Source: Callorhinchus milii (taxonomy: Eukaryota). Taken from it: a stretch of 64,000 bases of DNA. A model generated the notes under the pieces. The model searched no databases. It saw only the letters and a list, made by a program, of their open reading frames with translations, and was not told the DNA's origin. The first letter of the stretch is position 1, and each line of letters opens with the position of its first letter. Where the stretch lies: positions 1,676,001-1,740,000 of the forward strand of contig NW_024704742.1 of assembly GCF_018977255.1 (NCBI RefSeq), read 5' to 3'. A program made the translations under genes and the position numbers. Below, in pieces: positions 27,112 to 38,387 of this stretch.

Positions 27112-27169
27112 GCTGACAGTCGCCGCGGCTCGGATACAGTCGATAGAGTTGGCCTGAGGTGTTGCGCCG
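27112..27169 (+). other. CCSER1: 5' UTR part of the CCSER1 first coding exon
   Basis: Polypyrimidine tract plus CAG acceptor (ttcccgtttcctctattccctacag, AG at 27110-27111). The exon would start 58 nt before the ATG. Confidence 0.75.
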
Positions 27170-28450
27170 ATGGGGGACACTGGCTCGAGACGCTCCACCC
27201 TTGTCTCCAGGCTGCCGATATTCAGACGCAGCTCCGCGAAAAGGCAGGGCTCGTTACCTTCTTCCCCGTCCTCCGCCACCAATGGAGCCCACACCTCGTC
27301 CCCCTCCAGCACCAACTCCAGCTCCAGTAGCGCCGGCAAGCGCCGGGGCATCTTCCGCGCAGCCTCCATCGGCTTCCACGGCAAGAAGAGCCACGAGCCG
27401 AGGGCGGAGGCCAGGAACTCGGCCCCCCACCTCTCGAACGGCCTCCCTCTCCCGGAGCAGCCGCAGCCAGGCGCGGAGAAGAGCGACGAGGGCGTCAAGT
27501 CGAAGGCCAGGCATCCGTTCGGGTTCCCCGGCAGCTCGAGGGGCAAGAAGATCACCAGGTCGGTGACCGAGGACTTCGTGAAGGGGAAGGACCCGTCCGC
27601 CAACAGGAATGTGTTCATCAACTGCATCAGCGCCGGGAGGTCCAGCTTCGATGAGGCGGACGATTCGGGCTTCCCTGACGACGACTCCAAGAAGCTCTCC
27701 TCCGCCAAGCACTCCGGCCGGAAACTGCTGCCCAAGTCCTTCTCCACGCATGCCAAGCTCTCCAAGCAGGCCGCCCGGAGCCAGTCGGCCACGGCGGTGG
27801 ACAGGCCCGTCGTCTCGCCGCGAGCCCATGAGGCGGAGAGCGAGCCCGGCATCGAGGCGCGCCCCCCCGCGTGTCTGTCGGGGAGAACACCGCCGAGAAT
27901 TCCCTGCTCTCGAACGACCACACCACGGCCCAAACCCCGTCTGAGTTCACGCCGATTTCAGCGGATTCCATCTCGGAGGCCGACAAGGAGTCCCCGGGTA
28001 CGCTCGAGTGTCAGCCCGCGAGCCCTGCCCCTATCCCCGCGGGCCCGTTCCGGCCGGCCGCTGGTTCCGGACCGAGCCCCTCGCCGCGAGTCGAGCGCGC
28101 TCCACGGAATGAGACCGAGGCCGCCGTTGAAACTCCCGACCGTCATGGGGAGAAGGGAGCCGAGAGCGGACGGGCGCCCCCGCCTGAACCCGGGACGGCA
28201 AGTCCGAATGCAGGCGAGCGGCGGGCAGGTCAGCGTCCGGAAACGAAGGAGGCTAGTTCGGGAGAAGCCCGGCAAAGGCCGCCCGATCTCGTCGCAGCGA
28301 TCTCCCCCGTCGCGCACGGCGTACCTTCGGTGCGGAACGGTCTGGACGTGCTGGATCTATCTGCTGCCGAGGCTTATAAGCTGCCGATCGCGAAACCCGT
28401 CTCAGTCGCTAAACCTCAGGAGCAGAGCCACGGGACCTCGCAGTCGACAG
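27170..28450 (+). CDS. CCSER1: CCSER1 (coiled-coil serine-rich protein 1 / FAM190A), first coding exon, with an apparent 1-nt frameshift at about 27862-27868
   Basis: The N-terminus MGDTGSRRSTLVSRLPIFRRS...SLPSSPSS...SSPSSTNSSSSSAGKRRGIFR matches the vertebrate CCSER1 N-terminus as I recall it. ITRSVTEDF, NRNVFINCIS and DDSGF are also CCSER1-like. After about 27869 homology (LLSNDHTTAQTPSEF..DSISE) continues in the frame of ORF 27871. The exon ends at donor ACAG|GTACGT (28450/28451). Confidence 0.93.
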
Positions 28451-28652
28451 GTACGTACGGCGATTCGGCGCTCTCGGGGCTTGCGCCGTGTCCTGTTTGT
28501 GTCGGGCCGCGAGATCTGAATTGGTCCGTTTTAAGAATCGGGTTAAGCCCGTTCGCTTCTTTGAAATAAGTTTGCAGACGGTACTTCCAACGCTGTCTGA
28601 CTTTTATGCCGCCGTTCTGGCTGCATCGCCAATGGGTGTTGTATTCACGTGG

Positions 28653-28832
28653 GTAATAATAATAATAATCATAATAATAATCCTTGGGTTTGATACAGTG
28701 CTTCATCACGTCTTCGAGACGTCTCAAAGCGCTTCACAGGATATGCTGTCAAGTGAGTTGACTGTGTATTTTGTGGGCGAAACGCGGCAGCCGATTGCGC
28801 ACAACAGCGTCCCACAGACAGTCGTGCTTGGA
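28653..28832 (-). mobile_element. SINE family A, 3' portion
   Basis: (TAA)n followed by the conserved tail, about 200 nt downstream of the CCSER1 exon donor. Confidence 0.85.
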
Positions 28833-30261
28833 GGGTAAATCCATCAACAGGTTTAACATGATAATTGTGTATATATTGGGGGTCTAACTTACGATACATG
28901 ATGAGAGAGAGGGTTTTCCGCAACAATTACTACAAACTTCCACAATACAAGAAAGAAACCCCCTCCCCACCCCCCCCAAAAAACTGGCAGCTCTTCATCT
29001 GTCATTGACGATTGCTCAAACATAGCTCAAAGCTGCTTCCAGCACTGGACTGCGCTTTGAACGATGAGACTATCCCTCAGGTAGATAATGAGGAAACAGA
29101 GTGCATATCTGCTTTGTTTGGCTGTTTGAACGCGAGAGCCTATGACATCTTGTGGATTATCTGCCAAAGGAAGATTGGGGAGTGGATAATGAAGGGTCCA
29201 TTGATGTCTGGTCGCTGAGAAATAAGTACTAAACCAGCAAAGGAGTGTGTTCTTCAGAAAACGCCGCCACCGAAGAAATCCCGACAGCTTTTGAATGCTT
29301 CCAAGCAAAATTCGCGCACCCGCTCTCAGAGGCGTTTCGTGCTTCACGCTGCAGAGGCATTTGGAAAAAAAATTAATCGAGGAGTTCTGTGCTCCAGGGG
29401 TTAATTGGAACTTCAGCACAGTGCAGCAGGAGGAGAAAGAGACGAGAGAGAGGGAGAGCGAGAACGAGAGAGAGGTGGGGCGGGGGGTGGGGGGGAAAGG
29501 CAGTGGGTTTTCGCAGAGAACGTTAGCGATGGCAACAGCTAATGATTTAAAGGAACTCGTTCCTGCGCTGAGATTTGGAAGTAATTCATTGCTGCTCAGT
29601 GAGATAAGCCACAGCCCTCCCTTCATCCTGGAGGAAATTACACTTTCTGCAGCGGCGAGAAGGATGAGATGGGTGGCTTCGACAAGAGAGCGAGGCATGG
29701 AATTTCCAGGCGCAAGCTTCCTGCTTATCTCGCCCGGCCCTGCCAGCCCCGTCACAGTATGCTGCAGCAGTCAGTCCCTAATGTAAATCCATTTTTAGAT
29801 CTCCTCGTCCGAGCGCCTGTTCCTGGAGTGAAAGTTATTAAACGCACTATCGCGCTGCTCCTTCCGAAGAGCAATTTTCAGCTGCTTTACTTTCCATTCC
29901 AAACCCGTGATTGTTGCTTTCACATTGCTGAACAGCGATGCATTTTTTTTTAACAACGAGGACATGGGTTGGCATTCACGACAGGAAGCACATTCCAATG
30001 GAGATGCTTTATACCGAAGCTCTAAGCTCTTGTAACAGTGCGTCTGGTCTAGACGACTTAACCTACATCTCTCCCACCCCCCCCCATCACCGCCCCACAA
30101 CACACACATTCCACCCCCTTAACTGTAACGAAAGGTTGAAGCGGTTTGAGCTTGTTCTCGCTGGAAAACCGGAGAAACATGATTGTGAGATTGTCCAGTG
30201 CTTATTTTTCAGCTTTTCTGCAGTTCTTGAAAAGACAACTGTTTCCAAATGAATAATAATG

Positions 30262-30620
30262 ATGTAATAATAATAATCCTTGGATTAGATATAGCGCCTC
30301 TTCGAGTCGTCCCACAGCGCTTCACAGAATATACTAGTGTAGGGAGAGAGCAGGTTGGAGAGATGGGAGTGTGGGGGGCGATGTGCCAGGGCAGGAAGGG
30401 ATTTAAATACAAGTGTGAGGATCTTGAAATCGATCCGCTCTGTTAGAGGGAGCCACTGGAGTTTGACAAGGACTGGGGTAATGGAGGTGCGGAGTTTAGT
30501 GCGGGTGAGTATTCGGGCGGTGGAGTTTCGAATCAGTTGAATTTTGTGAACAGTGGAGCAGGGGAGACCAGGGAGGAGGGTGTTTAAATAGCGGACGAGG
30601 GTTTCAACAGCTCCTGGAGT
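30262..30620 (-). mobile_element. L2 ORF2 fragment (about 30340-30620) with a SINE tail at the left
   Basis: The minus strand encodes ITPVLVKLQWLP...RIDFKILTLVFKSL. Confidence 0.75.
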
Positions 30621-31639
30621 CTCAGGCGCAGGCTGGTAAGAGCCAAGGATGGGAGTGTGCGAGTTCTGCTGGAGTCTAACCAGCTACGACCGCATAGTCT
30701 GCCATTAAAAGCAGTGCCTGGCAAGCTTTCCTGCTGCTTGTCCAGCGAGGACCATCCTACCTGTGAGGGCTTTGACTTGCTGTGTTAACGGGAGCTGAGT
30801 GGGATGACTTCCCGGCTCCAGTGACTGGTCTGCCCTTCGAAGTCCTGCCGCGGGGAAAAATTATTTCAGGAATATGATTCATCTGTACTGTTCGGAATTT
30901 TATCAAATGTACAAAGTCGCAGTAGGAAGAAACCCCTTTCACAGATGCCCTTTTGAGAGCAGCAGGCGAGGAATTTTTGAAGGTTACCGAGAGATGCTCA
31001 TCACCCTGAGGTCAGTCGAGCGCGGAAATCTCTGCTGTCGGACTGAATCGATTCCTAATGAGAATTTTAGCATTTCGTGAGTTGGGAAGTGAGAGATTCC
31101 AGGAGGAGGTAAGTGACTGGTTGGCAATGAGGACTGACAATATTTAAATAAAACCCTCAAGTGTAAATAGCTGACACCGAAACCCGCATGCCCACTTTGT
31201 ATGTGCTGACAGGGTCGGAGTACTTGTCTGACTTTACGCTTCCAGTTGAACTGGTTACCGGGGTTTGAAAAGAACTATCAGTGTGAGAGACGCTTATTTT
31301 TTTTTAACTCCGTGACACTTACAGACATCGGAAGCTGAAGATTGTCACTGCATTTACAGGATCGCTAAAACCTGGGATCTTGAACGCTTGAGCGAAACAG
31401 TTAGTAATCCCCGACTGTCTGCTCCAGATGTCAACAGTAATCTGCTAAAAACAAAGTGCCTGGCGATATCCGTGCTGCCTGTTACACTGACCCTGTGCTG
31501 CTCAATCCATTCAGTTGTTTTGTAAACCTATTAGAAGCCAAATAGAAAGCAAAATCAGCAGCTGACTGCGCTGTGTTCTATTAGGGCGGCTGTTGGTTGA
31601 CAAATTATAGGGGAGTATAATGCTACAGCTCGGAAACAG

Positions 31640-31862
31640 GTCAGTTGGTCGGTGAAAGTCCCGGAAGCTCTGGAACGCTCTCCCTCTACCCCTCCGCCTC
31701 GCCCCCTTCCTTCCCCATCTTCGGCTCGCGCCTGAAGACCTTGCTTTTCGACCGTGCCTACGGACACCTTTCCCCCCCCCCCCACCCTCCGGCTCGGTGT
31801 CGTGCTCTGGGATGCCGCCCTGCGTGAGGGGGCGCTGTGTAAAGGCAAGTTGTTGTTGTTGT
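31640..31862 (+). mobile_element. L2-clade LINE 3' end
   Basis: KLWNALP...IFGSRLKTLLFDRAY-like coding sequence, C-rich UTR, and terminus GGGGGCGCTGTGTAAAGGCAAG(TTG)n. Confidence 0.75.
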
Positions 31863-31934
31863 CGGCACCGGAACTTTTCTCAATGTGAAACCACCGAATC
31901 TGATTCCGCTTTCCTGCTCACTCCCCATCCCCTG

Positions 31935-32255
31935 TCATAGAATTATACAGCGCAGAAGGAGGCCATTCAGCCCGTCATGTCTGAAAAGAGCTTCCAAATC
32001 AACCCCACTTCCCCCCCGCTCTATCCCCATAGCCCTAGTCAACCCCACTCCCCCTGGAAACTTGTCCTCCCCAAACACCTATCTACTTCTCTCTCGAAAG
32101 TTGTTATGGAATCGGCTCCCACCAGCCTTTCAGGCAATGCATTCCAAATCCGAACAACTCGCTGTGCGAAAACATTTCTCCTCACCGCCCCTCTGCTTCT
32201 TTTAACAACTATTTCAAATCGGTGTCCTCGGCTTACTGTCCAGTGGAAATAGTTT
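31935..32255 (-). mobile_element. CR1-clade LINE 3' end
   Basis: Minus ORF SRGHRFEIVVKRSRGAVRRNVFAQRVVRIWNALPERLVGADSITTFEREVD is a typical CR1 ORF2 C-terminus, followed by the 3' UTR GGGCTGAATGGCCTCCTTCTG. Confidence 0.85.
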
Positions 32256-32477
32256 CTCCATTGAACGTTCCTCTTTTTCAAGCGCCTATCTGATGTCCCT
32301 CTGGGCGGGCTGTTATACTGCAGTGGTCTGAGACCTCCAGACCAGACCACTTGGCGTTAAAATGCCTAACTTCCACATTGTTTGGTGGACGCTGCATGGG
32401 TGAGGACTGGATTGGCTCGGTCATGATGCCCCAGCAATCAAATAGGTCGTTAAATCTCACCACCAATTGCTCAGAGA

Positions 32478-32807
32478 CATAATAATAATAATAATAATAA
32501 TCCTTGCATTTGATATAGTGCTTTTCACGTCGGGAGGACGTCCCAAAGCGCTTCACAGAATATACTGTAAAGTGAATTGACTGTATATTTGAGGGCGAAC
32601 GCGGCAGCCAATTGCGCACAGCAATGTCCCACAAACAGTCGTAGATTGAAAATGACCAATTTATTATTGTTTTTGGCTTTGAAGGGATTATTATTAGGCT
32701 CTGTGTGGAGTAAGGAAACTTGCCCAAGGTTTCGCCCTCTGCCTGGAATTGAACTCAGGTCTCTCACTTGCAAAGCGAGTGCTCTAACCACTGAGCTACA
32801 GGACTCC
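32478..32807 (-). mobile_element. SINE family A, short form, full length
   Basis: Reverse complement of the 36837 copy; ends GAGCTACAGGACTCC. Confidence 0.9.
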
Positions 32808-32912
32808 ACGAGTCCACGAGACATGGGTAACTGCCACTGAAATCGGGTACAGGATGAAGACTGCGGAGTTTCTGTACCCCGGTAGAAGGAAAATGGAGCT
32901 CAGTGTGTGTCG

Positions 32913-33322
32913 TCAGCCTGGTTCAGTTGGGAGCACTGTCGCCTGTGAATGAAACCCATGTTGGTTCATATTTTCTAGGCTGACACTCCATTGCAGTACC
33001 GGGGAGGGGGTGAGGGGGTGTTGCTGAATTATCAGATGAGATACTAAACTGATGTCCCATCTACCTGCCATTAAATGACCCACGATGCTGCTTGAAATGA
33101 GAAGGAAGTCTCTCGCAGTATCCTGGCCAACAATCCTCCAGATAAAATTGGTCAATCCGCTTTATGGCTGTCCGTGGGACATTGCTGTGTGTTAATGGGC
33201 TGCGGTGTTCGCCTGCAAACTTCGCGGTACTCTTCGCAGTTTATCCTGTGGAGCGCTTTGAGACGACCTCCTGATGTGAAAGGCATTACACCAAAAATGC
33301 AAGGATTATTATTTATTATTAT
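32913..33322 (+). mobile_element. SINE family B (Deu-like)
   Basis: Head, CAGATGAGATACTAAACTGA Deu-like block, and tail ending GCAAGGATTATT. Confidence 0.75.
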
Positions 33323-33779
33323 TCACGTGTTTGGGGAGACGACAAGAGTTAGGAGAAAACTTGGCAGAGAGGAAATGAGTAGAGAAAATAAACTGAAAAC
33401 AAGTAAGATAGATGCTGCAATTGTTATTGGAGAGTCAGGATGGAGGAAAGAAAGAAGGCTTAATGGAAAAAATAATATTAAATTACTGGAATAAACGGTG
33501 ATGGAGAGAGAATTAAAATGACAATAAAACCAAAGCGTTCAATAAATGATCCTTAATTTATATAGTGCCTTTAATGTTGTGAAACAGGGGATTGCTGTCC
33601 AGTGCAGTTAAATATGATGGATAGTTTAATATGGTGCACAAAATTCCCCCAATAAAGTCAGGACCCTGAGAAAAACTTCCTTCTCTTTTCAAATGTCAAT
33701 GGTATCTTCAATAATATTGAAGAAGAAAAAAAATAATAATAATCCTCACAATTGAGCACGTCAGAAGGACTCAAAGGAT

Positions 33780-34047
33780 TTACTGTCAAGTAGAGTGACT
33801 GTGCTTGTGGGTGAACTTGCGCAGCCAATTTGCGCACGGCAACATCTCACGAACCCACCTCCACAAAGTGGGCTCGCGAAACCACCTCACGAGCCCACTT
33901 TGACGCACAGCAAGATTTCGGGTTAAAATCCTGGGGGATGGGACCTGCTGCAACACAACCTCCGGTGTTGCATCAGTCTGGACGGGTTGGGGCTTGAACC
34001 CACACGACCCTCTGACCCGGAGGCTAACAACCGAGCCAAGCTGAGAG
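33780..34047 (-). mobile_element. SINE family B-related, internally deleted
   Basis: Minus-strand head (GGGTTCAAGCCCC) and GCCGTGCGCAAATTGGCTGC tail segment. Confidence 0.6.
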
Positions 34048-34049
34048 GA

Positions 34050-34560
34050 TGGGATTGGATTTGGCGAATGCAGTGAATGGCGAATGAGTGTTGGTGCTGG
34101 AGAGTGACTGCGCAGGGTTGGCAGAGCTCGCCTGACTGCTTCTTTCGTGGGGTTTCGCTGCTCGCGCCAAACTGCGCATGCGAGCAAAAGCAATCGCGCC
34201 ACGTTGCCGTGTGTTTGCGCTTGCGCTTTGCCGCTGATTCACTGGAGCACCGTTAAATCACGTGGCGACGTGCAAACAGCAGCTTGGGAGACGCACGTCG
34301 CTTGGTTCAGATCATGTCGCGGCCGATGAACCACAAGCGGCTTTTCGCTCACTCGAACCCAGAGTGCGTGACCGGCCGTGGATTTTTTTTGACCATCTGT
34401 ACCCGTTTCACGTTGCTAACCCATCTGAGCTCTCGACGTTTTTCCCGGTCTCAGTTTACGTATCGGTAACAAAGGAAGACTCTCTCAAAGTAATTGCCGT
34501 CCACGTTCTTGGGAGAGAGGGCGGGGGGAGGGGGTTGGGGGGGAGGAGAAGAAATGAGTA
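34050..34560. promoter_or_regulatory. Intronic CpG-rich promoter-like element
   Basis: E2F-type CGCGCCAAA (34163-34171), NRF1-type TGCGCATGCG (34173-34182) and E-box CACGTG (34259-34264) within a CpG-dense stretch. Confidence 0.5.
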
Positions 34561-34944
34561 GGTTGCACCTGCTCTCAGTCCACGGTGCATTGTCTGTGTG
34601 TATCTGTTTAAGACGTTGTCGGTACACTTTGGCGATTCAGGGACTAGACTACCCTCGGTGAGCACAGCAATGTTTGCAGGACGAGGCCTCGTACTGGGTT
34701 CATTTGTCAATTTGAAATTTGTTCTCTCCTGTTATAATGCGTTTTTTTTAATCTTTCACAACTATTAAACCTTTCTATTCCTCCCGGGATCTCGAGAAAC
34801 ACTTCCGTTAGGAATGTAAGAATGGGAGGTTATTCAGCCCATCGAGTCTTTTTTCGCCAGGACGTTAGGTTGTGACAGATCTTTGACATCTTCCGTGCAA
34901 GTGGTGGCGGAGCCTGAGCCACTCTGGGCACCAATAAAAACCTG

Positions 34945-35326
34945 TAGCGCAGGGGTTAGAGCACTCACCTCGCAAGCGAGAGGACCTGGGCTTGATCCTC
35001 CGGTAGGTTAGGTCATGGGCGAAACCTTAGGCAAGTTTCCTTGCTACACACACACGTCTCTGCTTAACTACCAGTAAGTAGAAACCTGGTTGTTAATCGA
35101 TTGGCGGATATCCTTCCGGGGGTAATAATCCCTTCATTAATAAAATAATAATAATTTGGTCACTCAATCCACGACTGTTTGTGCGATGCTGTTCTGCGCA
35201 ATTGACTGCCTTGTTTTGCCCATGAAATACAGTCACTATACTTTACAGTGTATCCTGTGAAGCGCTTTGAGACGTCGCAACGACGTGATAAGGCGCTGTA
35301 TTAAATGCAAGGGTCATTATTATTTT
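34945..35326 (+). mobile_element. SINE family A, long form
   Basis: Colinear with the 48264 copy from the tRNA head to the (TTA)n tail. Confidence 0.85.
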
Positions 35327-35329
35327 ATA

Positions 35330-35880
35330 CGTATCCTTCACTTGCCGCGTACCTATCCAATTCCCTTGCGAACATCACAATTGATGCCGTCTCTGAGGCC
35401 TTGTTCATCAGTCATTCTACTTTTCTGTAACCCTCTGCCCAAAGCTCTCTCCGATCTCTTTGCCAACCAGTTTAGCTCTAGGTTTAAGAATATGTCCTTT
35501 GTCTATCCCTCCAATTGAGGGGAGAGTTCCTGTGTAGATTGTCATTCCCTTCATTATTTCATACCTCGCAATCAGATACTTTTGTTCACCTCCTCAACCC
35601 AAGTCTTATCCCAGTGAATTGTCACTGGACCGCTTTCAAGGCCAGATCATCTCTCTGTGTTGTTTTAATCAGACCACATTATTGGCTCTCCTTTAAATCT
35701 GAAATAGAAATAGCAAGCATGGTAAATGTACGTTCTTGTAATGAAACAACACAGGTCTCTTGAGGCAATTATTCCCTTTGGTTCTCAATCCAGTTTTAAA
35801 ATTCATCCCCATCTCCTTCGAGAAGACTTTTGTTTTATTCTTCTGAAACACGGAAGAGAGTTCCTCTACCCCGTCGAAAG
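35330..35880 (-). mobile_element. CR1 3' fragment, diverged
   Basis: Minus strand resembles CR1 3' coding sequence and UTR (F..RV.NLWNSLP; LRTKG..FK). Further CR1 remnants lie at about 2200-2600, 3200-3610, 49497-49630 (-) and 59520-59990. Confidence 0.55.
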
Positions 35881-36836
35881 TAAAAAAAAAAAATGACAAG
35901 TCTGCGGGGAAAGAGCGGGACAGAGGGACTAATTGCCCTTCAAAGAGCTGACACGGACACGATGGGCTGATTGACCTCCTTCTGTGCTGTCGGATTCTAT
36001 CATTCAGCGAATTCCCACTTTCAAGCCTTACCAAAGGCTGTAAGGTTTTCCTGGCGTGAATTACTTGCCAGCTTTGGTAAATTGACCAGCGGAGATACGG
36101 GGTGTTTAATCCGTTGCTCTAACACCAGGGACTCATCAATATTGAAACGCAACAACAGAACGACACAGAGGGAGCTGTACGTGAAAGAGAGAGACATCAA
36201 TCTTGGGAACGACTCCCGGCTGCACACTCCAACCATAATAGCCGTGTGCAGAAACCTGGCACGAAAGGGAACTGTTTCACGCAGACGCCGGAAGGACCTG
36301 AACTTCAAATCAGCGCAAATGATCTGATTGCTCCAATCGAAATCAAATTAGAATTTCCCTGAATGATTCCAGAGTAGCTTAAAACTGAGGTCAGATCCCT
36401 ATCCGCTAAATAGCATTCCAGTATTTTATGGTAATATTTGTAATTGGCATTTTCTATTCACGGATTTAATTTAGTGGGCGCTTAACGGCCTTTTTGCCTG
36501 GCTGTCTGTATCAATTTGCTGAACAAATTGCACTAACACTTATAGGGTACCCTCCACACAGGGCAGCATCTCAGAACGCTCATTTTGTCCCGGGCGGTAC
36601 CTTGAAAGAAGGCAAAACACTTTGCTCCCCACGTGAAACAAAATTAAATTTGTCAATTCGTTGTTAATAAAATCCGGCGCATTCGAATCTCTGCCGTCTG
36701 TGTCCTCACACCACAAAATGGTGTAACCCCATCCTCCCAGTCCTTGTCAGCCTCCCCTTTCGTAGAACAGGTCGATTTCAACCACCTCACACTCATTCCC
36801 TGGCATCTCCTTACCTTTCCATGTAACTTTCCAAGT

Positions 36837-37160
36837 GGAGTCCTGCAGCTCAGTGGTTAGAGCGCTCGCTTTGCAAGCGAGACACCTGGGTTCAGTTCCA
36901 GGCAGGTCAGGGCGAAACCTTGGGCAAGTTTCCTTACTCCATACGCCTAATAATAATCCCTCCAAAACAAAACAATAGTAAATTGGTCATTTTCAACCCA
37001 CGGCTGTTTGTGGGGACGCTGCTGTGCGCAATTGGCTGCTGCGTTTCGCCCACAAAATATACGGTCAATTCACTTTACAGCATATTCTGTGAAGCGCTTT
37101 GAGAGGTCGAGAAGACGTGAAAAGTGCTATATCAAATGCAAGGATTATTATTATTATATT
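36837..37160 (+). mobile_element. SINE family A, short (internally deleted) form, full length
   Basis: Head GGAGTCCTGCAGCTCAGTGGTTAGAGCG and body ACCTTGGGCAAGTTTCCTTACTCC joined directly to GCCTAATAATAATCCC; (TTA)n tail. Confidence 0.9.
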
Positions 37161-38202
37161 ATAACCTGCTTACATTCCATTCCGCCACCCATTTTCCCCT
37201 CCGCCATGTCCCTGCACCCCACCACCACCGACGACCGTGCTTTCAGCCCCCACACCCCAAAACTATGAAACTCGCAGCCCCCGTCCACCTGTCTTGCCCC
37301 CTCTCCTGAACCTCTTTCAAATCGCACTGGAAGTCATTCCTCGTCGGCCGTGTGTACGATCGCCTCCCCTTTCCCTCTCCCAGCCTTGATGTCAAGCTCC
37401 GCCTTTGTTCAGCGATCTAATATGTTTGCTCCACATATAGGGCTCTGAGAGGCTATACCCTGCGTGGAAGTCGTAGTTGTTGTTGTTGTTGACAAGTGCA
37501 AGTTGTTGTTGTTGGATAGAACTGCATCCAATGACACAGTCTGCACTGAGTTTTGTTGGTCTGAGCCAGGGCCGAATTGACCGCAGCTTTTCCCCCAAGT
37601 GCGGGACATGGTTCTTGTGCCTTTTCAGCGCTGTGAGACGCCTCAAAGATGTGATGAGGCACGACAGCAAATGCAGGGATTATTATCACGACGATGATGA
37701 TGATTATTATTGTGAATGATGGCAACTTGGGTGGGTTACTGCAGGGCAACAGCGTGGGATACCTTCCCCCCACAAAACAGGTGGACGTTTTAATTCAGGG
37801 TAGTTTCTAGATGCGTAAGAATGCGACCTAACGTTTAAATGATTCACATGATTATACTGTACTTTATGTGGTTTACACGCAGCATTTGACAATGTAGTAG
37901 CTCGGCATTACTTGCTAAACCTCGACCTTGGGTCAGTCTGGCTCAGTTGGTAGGGCTCTCGCCCCTTGAGTCAGAAGGTGGTGGCTTCAATCCCCACACC
38001 AGGACTTTGAACTCATTTAAGTCAACCCTGACACTGCAGGGCAGGAGACGTTAAACTGCGATCTCTTTAAGTGGGTTGTCAATCTGTCTCACTCATTGCG
38101 ATTGCTCCTGTTTTTCCTTCAGGTTTACCAGGACTGTATGTAATATGCGCTCAATGCTTCTGTCTATTTTCTGCACTCAAGGTAAGCCTTCCTATCTTGC
38201 AG

Positions 38203-38387
38203 TGACGGTGAACCGAACCTTTAGCCCCCACCACGAAGAGAGATGGGTAGAAAGGCGCCTGAGGTCCTCATCTGAGGGAACGTCTGGAAGCAGAATGAGC
38301 CACAGCATGAGAGACGGGCGAGTGGAAGAACTGAACAGTCTGAGAAAACCGCGAACAGATTCATCGTCTTCGAAGATGAACAGCATG
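38203..38387 (+). CDS. CCSER1: CCSER1 second coding exon (185 nt, phase 1 to phase 0)
   Basis: Acceptor cttgcag| (AG 38201-38202) and donor ATG|GTGGGT (38387/38388). Encodes (V)TVNRTFSPHHEERWVERRLRSSSEGTSGSRMSHSMRDGRVEELNSLRKPRTDSSSSKMNSM, matching the CCSER1 motif ERRLRSSSEGT...NSLRK...SSSSKMNS. Its phase fits the upstream donor once the frameshift is corrected. Confidence 0.93.

Noticed and set aside
27106..27933. Long antisense ORFs (275 aa, 191 aa) over the CCSER1 exon
   Set aside because: Shadow ORFs expected opposite a GC-rich coding exon; no recognisable protein.
27870..28519. Arg/Pro-rich C-terminal half of the 449-aa ORF 27170..28519
   Set aside because: Wrong frame after the C-run; CCSER1 homology and splice phase follow the other frame.
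37008..37268. Recurring short ORFs such as [26 protein letters not shown]
   Set aside because: Translations of the SINE tail, not a gene family.
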